From assembly GCA_963729625.1 (NCBI GenBank), contig CAVSOU010000008.1, positions 64,001 to 128,000 of the forward strand: a DNA stretch of 64,000 nucleotides. The letters are read 5' to 3'. A program made the position numbers and the translations under genes. Source of the DNA: an uncultured bacterium (GTDB taxonomy: Bacteria > Chloroflexota > UBA5177 > JANWHV01). The notes below the pieces were generated by a model. That model had not been told where the DNA came from. It saw only the letters and a list, made by a program, of their open reading frames with translations, and did not search any database. This document shows positions 50,323-59,103 of the stretch, piece after piece (position 1 is the stretch's first letter; the number at the start of each line of letters is the position of its first letter).

Positions 50323-51327
50323 CTACTGTGCCAGCCAGGCTGCGTCGTCTCGCGAGCCCAGAGCCGCGTCTGTGCCCGCGAACGGTCCTGGCATCGGTCG
50401 AATATAGAAGGAGGGAGGCGTCATCCACGGCATCACCGCGTCGGCCGTGCGAACGGACGACGTACACGCTGCGGCCCGTGCCTGGGTGGGGGTGACTTGG
50501 AATCGCTTGCGGAACACGTGCACGAAGTGCTGCGTGTCGGCGAATCCGCAATAGCGCGCGATCTCGGAGACACTCAGGTCGACGTTCTGCAATAGCAACT
50601 GCGAATGCTGCAGGCGCAGGAACAGCAAACGTTGATGCGGTGTCTGATTCCATTGCTGCCGGCACAATCGGGTCAGGTGGGGCACTGAGAAGCCCACTTG
50701 CTTCGCCATGGTCTGAACGCTGATCTGGTCCTCCAAATGGTGGCGAAGAAACCCGTCGAGATGCTGCAGTGTTGTTGGCATCCGGGGCGTGACCGGCTCA
50801 TCGGCAAGATGCGCGCGCATGATCGTGACAAAGAGACCGGCCAACAGAGCATGTGCCTCCATGCGGTTGAACGACGTGCCTGATTGCCACAAACCAATGC
50901 AGGTCACAAGCTGATCATGGAATGCCAGCGGATCCGGCGGTTCGACGATCGAAGGCATTGGCGTGTGCAGCAGGTCGTCGAGCCGCGGCTGCACGAGGTG
51001 TCGATAGGGCGACAGATCAAGGAAGCCTGGTCCCGGGGAGAACCTTTCCTCACGCCCGGGCTGACGCACGATGTCGCAATGTACGTAGGGCGTTGTTGTG
51101 TCGGTCACGCCCTCCAGGGTTATTCGGTCACCGGGCTGCGCCAGGAAGACCTGCCCTGGCCCGAGCAGATATGGACGGTCCTCGACCACGAATCGGCACG
51201 TACCACGTTCAACCACGAGCAGCAGGTAGTCCAGGAGGCGCCGATCAGGCAGGACCACTGGGGGTCGGATGGCATAGCTTGCTTCGCGAATGAATGGGCA
51301 CAGCGGTAGGTCAAACATCATTCCCAC
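50323..51327 (-). CDS. AraC family transcriptional regulator (paralog 1)
   Basis: N-terminal cupin-like domain; SVSEIARYCGFADTQHFVHVFRKRFQVTP. Confidence 0.93.
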   Translation of the reverse strand: MGMMFDLPLCPFIREASYAIRPPVVLPDRRLLDYLLLVVERGTCRFVVEDRPYLLGPGQVFLAQPGDRITLEGVTDTTTPYVHCDIVRQPGREERFSPGPGFLDLSPYRHLVQPRLDDLLHTPMPSIVEPPDPLAFHDQLVTCIGLWQSGTSFNRMEAHALLAGLFVTIMRAHLADEPVTPRMPTTLQHLDGFLRHHLEDQISVQTMAKQVGFSVPHLTRLCRQQWNQTPHQRLLFLRLQHSQLLLQNVDLSVSEIARYCGFADTQHFVHVFRKRFQVTPTQARAAACTSSVRTADAVMPWMTPPSFYIRPMPGPFAGTDAALGSRDDAAWLAQ

Positions 51328-51369
51328 GCCACAGCGTCACGAGAATAAATTGCACTGTTCTAATAGAAG

Positions 51370-51437
51370 ATTGTGGCGTTCAGGAATATCGGCGTCAACT
51401 TACCAGATTGTTCATTTCGGTGTCTGAAATTATCATC
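51370..51437 (-). promoter_or_regulatory. AraC-type activated promoter P1
   Basis: GATGATAATTTCAGACACCGAAATG box, then TTGACG-N17-CACAAT. Confidence 0.72.
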
Positions 51438-51640
51438 CTTGTCGCGCTTTCGCTCGCCGGTTCACGGCATTGCGTATGGCGCACCACGCGGGCAAAGCGC
51501 GGACAGCGCGGCTTTCCGCCCTATACCTTGGTCGCATCAGGTTCGCTGGGAAGTGGTGGTATGAACGCGGTTCGCATGGGTAGAGGGGCGCCAGTCAATG
51601 CGCGCGAGCGGGCCGGTCACAGGCAAATGCGGCACGGCAC

Positions 51641-51708
51641 GATGCTAATTTTAGACACCGACATGCAATTCCAGTGCGTTGACCCTAGCCCAACCTCGCT
51701 GCGACAAT
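51641..51708 (+). promoter_or_regulatory. AraC-type activated promoter P2 (probably leaderless)
   Basis: GATGCTAATTTTAGACACCGACATG box, then TTGACC-N18-GACAAT with TG extension; ATG 7 nt after the -10. Confidence 0.72.
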
Positions 51709-51715
51709 TTGGTTT

Positions 51716-52669
51716 ATGCCGAAGATCCAGCACCTGGGGACCAAGCGCCGCCCACTCTATGCGCGCATGGCCGCGTCCTGGCGCCTGTACCTGGCACTGT
51801 TCCCAACCCTCGCGCTAATCGGGATCTTTGCCTACTGGCCGACGATCAACGGCGTTATTCAATCCTTCTACAATTCCACGGCGACTGAAACCAACATCTT
51901 CGTCGGCCTGGACAATTACCGCCAGCTGATGAGCGACACAGTCTATTGGAACGCGTTCCTGACCTCGCTCAAGTACACGATTTTCGGCATCACGATTGGA
52001 TGGGTGCTGCCGTTTATCACGGTACAGCTGCTAGTCTCGCTGTCAAGCCGGCGATGGCAGTACATACTCCGCACGGCGCTTATTCTGCCCATGGCATTCC
52101 CGGCGACAGTATTCGGATTCGTGTGGCAATTCCTCTATGACCCTCGAGCCGGCGTGTTCAACGCATTTCTGGATGCTATCGGCCTTGGCAGGCTGCAGCA
52201 GAATTGGCTGGGCGATCCATCCACCGCCCTTGGCTCGCTGATGATGATCGGCTTTCCCATCACATTCATCGGCAGCGGCCTGATCGGCGGCGGCGGTCTG
52301 CCGTTCCTTCTGATGCTCAGCGGCATCCAAAACATCCCATCGGAAATAATGGAAGCCGCTGAGATCGACGGGTGCGGGAGGTTCCGGCGCGTGTTCGCGA
52401 TCGATCTCCCGTTGCTGGGATCGCAGTTCAGTCTGCTGTTCCTGATGGCCCTGATCGGGTTCACGCAGGCGGGGAGTATCACGCTGCTGCTCGTAACCAA
52501 CGGTGGACCGGCATATGCCACGATGACGCCTATTGTGTGGATGATCCAGACCGGTGTCAGCGTGGGCAACTTCGGTTACGGCGCCGCGATGGGCGAAGTG
52601 CTGTTCGTGTCCTCTGTCACGCTCAGCGCACTCTTCCTTGGTATCCAGCGATGGCGCGCTCGTGCCTAG
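51716..52669 (+). CDS. Carbohydrate ABC transporter permease (MalF-like)
   Basis: FVGLDNY, IQNIPSEIMEAAEIDG, NGGP. Confidence 0.92.
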   Translation: MPKIQHLGTKRRPLYARMAASWRLYLALFPTLALIGIFAYWPTINGVIQSFYNSTATETNIFVGLDNYRQLMSDTVYWNAFLTSLKYTIFGITIGWVLPFITVQLLVSLSSRRWQYILRTALILPMAFPATVFGFVWQFLYDPRAGVFNAFLDAIGLGRLQQNWLGDPSTALGSLMMIGFPITFIGSGLIGGGGLPFLLMLSGIQNIPSEIMEAAEIDGCGRFRRVFAIDLPLLGSQFSLLFLMALIGFTQAGSITLLLVTNGGPAYATMTPIVWMIQTGVSVGNFGYGAAMGEVLFVSSVTLSALFLGIQRWRARA

Positions 52670-52690
52670 CAGTGTGGAGAATCCCTGCGC

Positions 52691-53570
52691 ATGGTGAAGC
52701 GGAGACGGATCGTGGCCACAGAACCCAAGGCGCAGATGGGCCAGCGATCGCGCCGGCGGCGCAGGAACGACCTGATCATCGGGGCTATCCTTGCCGTGAT
52801 CGCGTTTCTGGGCATCTTCCCCTTCGCCTTCGCCCTCATCGACTCGTTCAAAGACGACATGCAGTTTGCCCAGACCTACTGGCTGCCTGCTTTCCCCCTA
52901 CACCTGGAGAACTACACGAACGCATGGGGCCAGATCAGCACGTACTGGATGAACAGCGTCATCGTGGCCGTCTCGACGACAGCTGGGATACTCGTCCTCG
53001 GCACCATATCAGGCTTTGTATTCGCGCGGTATGAGTTTCCGGGCCGTGGCGTGCTCTTCTTCCTGATCATCATCCTGCTGGCAGTGCCCGGCGTGGTCAA
53101 CCTCGTGCCGCTATTCCTTCTAGTGAAGTCACTCCAACTGCTCAATACACTCGGCGCGCTGATCGTCGTGTACACGGTCGCCAGCTTGTTCGTCACCGTC
53201 TATCTCCTTCGCAACGCCATTGCCGCGATAACCGACGAACTGTTCGACGCGGCGAAGGTCGACGGGGCATCGGGACCACAGATCTACCGGCATATCGTGC
53301 TGCCTCTCTCCATTCCAGCCATGGGAACCGTCTTCATGGTTACGGTCACGGGCGTCTGGAATGAGTATGTCTGGGCTTTTCTCGCCATCAGCGATCCCGA
53401 AAGACGGACGATAGGAACCGGATTGCAGTACTACACCGACCAGATGACGACGTTCCTACGGTCCGTTGTTTGCCGGCTATATCCTGGCCAGCCTACCGCT
53501 CTTGCTTGCGTTCGCGGTCACCTCCCGTTACTACGTTGCCGGGCTTCAGGCCGGGAGTGTAAAGCAGTAG
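52691..53570 (+). CDS. Carbohydrate ABC transporter permease (MalG-like), +1 frameshift near 53453
   Basis: ELFDAAKVDGA, WNEY; the expected C-terminus YGPLFAGYILASLP...AGSVKQ* lies in the next frame. Confidence 0.88.
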
Positions 53571-53637
53571 GCGCCGGAGTGCCACCTGACGAGCAACGCG
53601 GAGCAGGCAGGCGAAGGGGGAAAGAAAGGGGGTTCAA

Positions 53638-55395
53638 ATGGCTAACGAGGCATCCAATTCCATCACCGTGGAGATTGATGTGCCCGCGCGGCTGCGCGAC
53701 GGAACCGTCCTGCGTGCGAACGTCTACCGGCCGGCTGGGTCCGGGCGCTGGCCTGCCCTGCTCATGCGCTTTCCCTACGGGAAGGATGTGCTGCCCGGGA
53801 TCGACGGGTTCGACCCGATTGAGGCGGCCCGACGCGGCTACGTCGTGATTGTCCAGGATACGAGAGGGAGCGGTACATCAGACGGGGACTGCGCGCCGGG
53901 TCAAGACGATAACCCGTTCATGTTCGATGCCGAGGATGGGCTCGATACGATTGCATGGGCCGCCGGACTGCCGTATTGCGACGGCCAGGTCGGCATGTTC
54001 GGCGGATCGTACGGCGCCTACACGCAGCTGGCGCCGGCTATCTTCCAGCCTCCGGCATTGAAGGCGCTCGTGCCCATCGCCACTGTGGCCGACCCCCTGG
54101 ATGGATTGATCTTTCGCGGCGGCGCCTTTGAGCTTGGTCTCGCCGCGTTTTGGCACCTCATGATGGGCAGCGGCCAGCTCGTTCGCCATCATGCGCAGGA
54201 TGCGCAGATGCGTCAGTCGGCTCTCGACACTTGGGCAAGCGAGTTCGATGCCCTTGGTGGCGGAGGCTATGCGTCACTGCCGCTTCGGGAATTTGCCCCC
54301 TTGCTCAGGCAAGGGCTATCCCGCACGTTCTTCGACTGGGTATCCGCGCCGATGGATCGCACGAAGGGCCCCTCCGCGCCGGTGAACTTCCTGGACAAAT
54401 CTGACAGATTACGGATCCCGAGCCTCCATGTCGGATGCTGGTACGATATCTTCCTTGCCCACACGCTCACCTATTTCCGGGCCATGCGCGCGAACGGCAT
54501 CCCGACCAAGCTCGTCATCGGGCCCTGGGTGCATGGACGCACCTACAACCCGATCGGCGAGCTCAATTTCGGCATCGGCGCCCAGTCCATGACTATGGGC
54601 ATGCGGGCGGGTTTGAACAGCCTTCAGCTCCGCTGGTTCGATCACTGGCTCAAGGGTCGCGACACCGGCATGATGACCGAAGCGCCGATAGCGCTGTTCG
54701 TCATGGGCGCCAATGTATGGCGGGACGAGCTCGAGTGGCCCCTGGCTCGCGCGGTGAACACACAATGGTATTTGCACCAAGGCGGCGTGCTCAGTCGCGA
54801 CATGCCCGGCGCTGAGACGCCCGATAGCTACGAGTACGACCCGGCGGACCCGGTCCCGACGCTGGGCGGGGCGATTCTGCTGACGCCAGAGTACACGGCC
54901 GGCCCCCTGAACCAGCAAGCGATTGAAGCGCGTGATGACGTGCTCACCTACACGAGCGGGGCGTTCGATCGCGATACCGAGGTGACCGGCCCGATCGCCG
55001 TGCATCTCTGGGCGGTCTCGTCCACCCCCGATACAGACTTCGTGGCGCGTCTCACCGACGTCACGCCTGACGGACGCTCGATCAACCTGACCGACGGGAT
55101 CCTGCGCGCGCGATTCCGCAATTTCAGCCTGGGAGAGACGCCCACGCTGATCGAACCGGGCACGGCGTACCGCTACGTCATTGACCTGTGGGCAACCTGC
55201 AACGTCTTCCTGGCAGGACACCGGATCAGGCTACAAGTTACGTCAAGCTGCTTCCCGCGCTGGGACCGCAATCCGAACACGGGGCACTCGTTTGGCGTGG
55301 ACGCCGATATGCAGGTCGCACGCCAGCAGATTCTGCACGACCGCGAGCATCCGTCTCACGTCGTACTGCCCATGATCAGCGCGGCGGAGCAATGA
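53638..55395 (+). CDS. CocE/NonD family serine hydrolase
   Basis: RDGTVLRANVYRP, QDTRG, GGSYGA nucleophile, WYD, GPWVH, PepX-like C-terminal domain. Confidence 0.93.
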   Translation: MANEASNSITVEIDVPARLRDGTVLRANVYRPAGSGRWPALLMRFPYGKDVLPGIDGFDPIEAARRGYVVIVQDTRGSGTSDGDCAPGQDDNPFMFDAEDGLDTIAWAAGLPYCDGQVGMFGGSYGAYTQLAPAIFQPPALKALVPIATVADPLDGLIFRGGAFELGLAAFWHLMMGSGQLVRHHAQDAQMRQSALDTWASEFDALGGGGYASLPLREFAPLLRQGLSRTFFDWVSAPMDRTKGPSAPVNFLDKSDRLRIPSLHVGCWYDIFLAHTLTYFRAMRANGIPTKLVIGPWVHGRTYNPIGELNFGIGAQSMTMGMRAGLNSLQLRWFDHWLKGRDTGMMTEAPIALFVMGANVWRDELEWPLARAVNTQWYLHQGGVLSRDMPGAETPDSYEYDPADPVPTLGGAILLTPEYTAGPLNQQAIEARDDVLTYTSGAFDRDTEVTGPIAVHLWAVSSTPDTDFVARLTDVTPDGRSINLTDGILRARFRNFSLGETPTLIEPGTAYRYVIDLWATCNVFLAGHRIRLQVTSSCFPRWDRNPNTGHSFGVDADMQVARQQILHDREHPSHVVLPMISAAEQ

Positions 55396-55441
55396 CCGCC
55401 AGACTGCGGGTCCGTTGGGCGCCGGGCCTCGCAAAGAGACG

Positions 55442-55501
55442 ATTCTTGACACCGAAATGCGTGCCTGCGCCATTGATCTCTCCGGGTGTCGCTGCGACAA
55501 T
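55442..55501 (+). promoter_or_regulatory. AraC-type activated promoter P3
   Basis: ATTCTTGACACCGAAATG box, then TTGATC-N17-GACAAT; shares TCGCTGCGACAAT with P2. Confidence 0.7.
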
Positions 55502-55554
55502 AGCCTGCAATACCTGGCAGGTTGCACGCCGCGGCGTGTGAGGGCATATCGCAT

Positions 55555-56535
55555 ATGGTGAACTTGCCGCTATGTCCATTCATCCGCGAGGCGTCATACG
55601 CCGTTCGTTCCCCGTGGGTCATGCCGGACCGGCGCCTGTTGGACTACCTTCTCGTGGTCGTGGAACGCGGTCAATGCCGGTTCACGCTCGAGGACCGGCA
55701 GTACGATTTGGGGGCCGGGCAGATCTTCCTCGCCCAGCCTGGCGATCGCTTGACCTTGGAGGGTCTCACCGACACCGTTACTCCATATGTGCACTGTGAT
55801 GTGGTAGACCAGCCGGGCCGCGATGAACGGTTCTCGCCAGGGCCTGGCTTTCTTGACCTGACGCCGTACCAGCATCTCGTGCAGCCGCGCCTTGATGATC
55901 TCTTGAGAGTACGCCTGCCAGTGATCGTCGAGCCGGCCGACCCGCATGGCTTCCGCGATCAGCTCGTGAGGTGTATCGGGCTCTGGCAATCGGGCACTTT
56001 GCTCAATCGTGTTGAAGCCCACGCACTCCTGTCCATGCTCTTTGTACAGGTGTTGCGAGCCCATTTTGCCGACAAGTCGAGCCCAACGCAGCTGCCGTCG
56101 ATCTTGCAGCACCTGGATGGCTACTTGCGGCACCGCATGCACGAGCGCATTACCCTCAAGACGATGGCGGAACAGGTAGGCTTCTCAGTGCCGCACACGA
56201 TCCGGTTGTGCCGCCAGCACTGGCATCAGACGCCGCATGAACGGCTCTTGCAATTGCGCCTGCAACACTCGCTCTTGTTGTTGCAGAACGTCGACTTGCG
56301 CGTAGCCCAGGTGGCAGGCTACTGCGGCTTCGCCGACACGCGGCATTTCGTGCACGTGTTCAGGCAGCGTTTCGGCATGACCCCGACACAGGCCCGGCAT
56401 GCGGACCTCAAGGGCGCGCAAGAGGCGCGCACAGGTGTGGACGGCGATGAGCAGCAGGTCAGCCGTGCTTTCGCTGCCGTGGCACGCCGGTCTCGCGCGA
56501 CAGGCGGGGCGCCGGACGGCAATAACGGATCGTGA
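55555..56535 (+). CDS. AraC family transcriptional regulator (paralog 2)
   Basis: Close paralog of 50323-51327; VAQVAGYCGFADTRHFVHVFRQRFGMTP. Confidence 0.93.
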   Translation: MVNLPLCPFIREASYAVRSPWVMPDRRLLDYLLVVVERGQCRFTLEDRQYDLGAGQIFLAQPGDRLTLEGLTDTVTPYVHCDVVDQPGRDERFSPGPGFLDLTPYQHLVQPRLDDLLRVRLPVIVEPADPHGFRDQLVRCIGLWQSGTLLNRVEAHALLSMLFVQVLRAHFADKSSPTQLPSILQHLDGYLRHRMHERITLKTMAEQVGFSVPHTIRLCRQHWHQTPHERLLQLRLQHSLLLLQNVDLRVAQVAGYCGFADTRHFVHVFRQRFGMTPTQARHADLKGAQEARTGVDGDEQQVSRAFAAVARRSRATGGAPDGNNGS

Positions 56536-56590
56536 TGCGCGAAAACAAACGGCCAGATAGGTCCTAGTTAGGTCATCCGGGGAGTTTACG

Positions 56591-57937
56591 ATGTCGCACG
56601 CCAAATCGCCTGGGCTGTCGCCGCTGGGTGGTATTGCAGGGTATGAGGAAGCAGCGAAGACGGGCCTTGCCGTCGACGCTAACGTGCGGCTGCTCAAGCG
56701 CTACGCATACGTTGAGCGTCGCCTCATGGAAATTTCCGTTGCCCATATCTGCGCCGTGCCGGAATGGGAGGTCAAATGCGCCCTTGCCCTGCATTGCTGG
56801 CTGGACGCGGAACATGCCACTGCCTTCCGCGAGCGCGTGGCCGAGATGCGCGAGCCTCCACTGCACCTGGATACCGTGCCGGACGACACGCTGGCAGCCT
56901 TCCTTGACGAGGCGCTTGCCTCTCAGGACACCGTCGAGTTGTTGGTTGGCCTGTATCAGGTGATCAAGCCGTCGCTCGTGCAAGCCTACCAGCGCCATCT
57001 TCAGCTGACAAATCCGCTCGCAGATCACCCCACGTGCCGGCGCCTGCGTTGGGCCACGATTGAGGAGCGGGATATGATCGCCTGGGGCGAAGCAGCGATC
57101 GCCGCGCTCACTCGAGATCAAGCAGCAGCCGCTCGCGCGGCAGGATGGCGAGCGCATCTGGAAGCATACCTCGCCGCCGCGGGCGGCATATCCGGTGAGG
57201 AAGCACGAGCCGACGAGGCGCCGCCGCCACGAGCCGTTCTGCCGTATGCCGTGAATCTGCTGCCCGGACGTGATGAACGCTTCACGGACATCTACAACTT
57301 TGGCAGCTATGTAGACGCCGTCGCGGGAGACAAGACCCGTACCCCTGAGGAGCGCGGGCTTGCCCTTGCATTCAAGCGGCTTCGCGAGATGGATGTTCCC
57401 GAGTGGCTGGCGACGGTCGTCGCGGAGACTCCAGGCAAGCCCTGGCAGTACTATCTGGAAATGGCGCGCCAGATCTGGGACGAGGCCCGGCACGCGATGA
57501 TGGGCGAGGTATGCTTCGAGAGCATGGGCATCGATTGGACTGCGTTGCCCATCCCGGTGTCCAATTCGTATGCGATCAACACACGCCTGACTCCGCTCGA
57601 ACGGCACGCCGTGCTCTACGACATTGAACAGGGGCTCATGCGCCGGGAGACCGGAAAGCGCTATGAGTGGGAGACCGCCACTGCCGCGGGCAATGCTCTG
57701 CTGGCGAATTTTCAGGACTACGATTGGGCAGACGAAGTTTTGCATACGCAGATTGGAAGGCGTTGGCTGGTGCCGGCTATCGGCGATCGCGACGCCGTGA
57801 CGCGATACGCCGCGGCGGCATGGGAGAAGGTCCGCGAGGCATACGACAGCGATCCTCGACTAAGTCAGGACTCCAAGAATAACTGGTGGCCGGCATTTTA
57901 CGAGGGCGTGACGAAGCGTGGCGGCAGCGTCCGATGA
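56591..57937 (+). CDS. Uncharacterised two-domain ferritin-like (di-iron carboxylate) protein
   Basis: C-terminal half E(MD)...DEARH...IE...DEVLH; N-terminal half degenerate E...DAEH. Confidence 0.7.
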   Translation: MSHAKSPGLSPLGGIAGYEEAAKTGLAVDANVRLLKRYAYVERRLMEISVAHICAVPEWEVKCALALHCWLDAEHATAFRERVAEMREPPLHLDTVPDDTLAAFLDEALASQDTVELLVGLYQVIKPSLVQAYQRHLQLTNPLADHPTCRRLRWATIEERDMIAWGEAAIAALTRDQAAAARAAGWRAHLEAYLAAAGGISGEEARADEAPPPRAVLPYAVNLLPGRDERFTDIYNFGSYVDAVAGDKTRTPEERGLALAFKRLREMDVPEWLATVVAETPGKPWQYYLEMARQIWDEARHAMMGEVCFESMGIDWTALPIPVSNSYAINTRLTPLERHAVLYDIEQGLMRRETGKRYEWETATAAGNALLANFQDYDWADEVLHTQIGRRWLVPAIGDRDAVTRYAAAAWEKVREAYDSDPRLSQDSKNNWWPAFYEGVTKRGGSVR

Positions 57938-59043
57938 AGCAGCCTGATGGCATGCTTGGCCGGCTGCCCGTTCCTCGGCCGGACTTTTCGAACTTGCGGC
58001 AAGTACTTTTGAGGCAGGGCGAGCCCGCCCGCCTGCCCAACGTCGAGTTCTTCATGGACCACCCGATCAAGGAAGGGCTGCTCGGCGAGCGCGTGCCGCA
58101 CGTGGTGTGGGGAGATCCCGGCTATAGCCACGAAGCCCACGCGCGTTATCTCGACTTTGACATCCGCTTCTGGTACCTCGCCGGTTACGACTATGTCACG
58201 GTCGAGCTGCAGGTGCCCATGATGAGACAGTGGCTCACTGCCGGCGATACCGCCCTGCTGGCAAGCGCGGAGCGTCGATGGCAGAGCGAGAACTCCGGCG
58301 CCATACAATCCTGGTCCGATTTCGAGCGGTATCCATGGCCCAAGCCGGAAGACGTCGACTTCTTCAACCTGGAGTACGTGAGCCGGCACCTGCCCGAAGG
58401 CATGCAGATCATCTTCTGCACGCAAGGAGGGCCGATGGAGAATCTCGTGACGCTGATGGGCCTTACGCCGCTGGCACTGGCGGTCCACGACGCCCCCGAT
58501 CTCGTCGCGGCCATCGCCGAACGGTTATCTGAAGTGCGAGAGACGATCTATGCGGCGGCCGTCGACGTGCCGAACGTCGGGGCGTTCTGGATGGGTGACG
58601 ACCTGGGCTATAAGACCTCTACCGTATTGTCACCGCGCGACCTGCGGAAGTACGTCTTTCCGTACCAGAAGCGGATTGTGGACATTGCCCATGCGCATGA
58701 CAAGCCGTTCCTGCTGCACGCCTGCGGCAACCTGGCACGAATCATGGATGAGCTGATAGACGGCGTCGGCATCGATGCCAAGCACTCCTTCGAAGACGTG
58801 ATCATGCCGGTCGCCGAATTCAAGCAGCGTTGGGGTAGCCGCGTGGCCGTGCTGGGCGGGATCGATATGGATTTCCTTTGCCGGCACAGCGTGCAGGAGG
58901 TCCGTACCTATACGCGCAAGGTCATCGAAGCGTGCGCGCCCGGCGGCGGCTATGCGCTGGGAACCGGCAATACACCAGCCAACTATGTACCCCTTGAGAA
59001 CTATCTCGCCATGCTCGATGAAGGCGCGAGATACGCGCGGTGA
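57934..59043 (+). CDS. Uroporphyrinogen decarboxylase-like (URO-D/MtaA-fold) protein
   Basis: YPWP, GDDLG, LLHACGN, GGID, GGGYALGTGN..NY; ATGA overlap with the upstream gene. Confidence 0.85.
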   Translation: MKQPDGMLGRLPVPRPDFSNLRQVLLRQGEPARLPNVEFFMDHPIKEGLLGERVPHVVWGDPGYSHEAHARYLDFDIRFWYLAGYDYVTVELQVPMMRQWLTAGDTALLASAERRWQSENSGAIQSWSDFERYPWPKPEDVDFFNLEYVSRHLPEGMQIIFCTQGGPMENLVTLMGLTPLALAVHDAPDLVAAIAERLSEVRETIYAAAVDVPNVGAFWMGDDLGYKTSTVLSPRDLRKYVFPYQKRIVDIAHAHDKPFLLHACGNLARIMDELIDGVGIDAKHSFEDVIMPVAEFKQRWGSRVAVLGGIDMDFLCRHSVQEVRTYTRKVIEACAPGGGYALGTGNTPANYVPLENYLAMLDEGARYAR

Positions 59044-59103
59044 GGCCACGCCGACCATGTCGCCCCACCGGACCTCCGGCAAGGGCGCTCTGAACGGGAG
59101 ATC

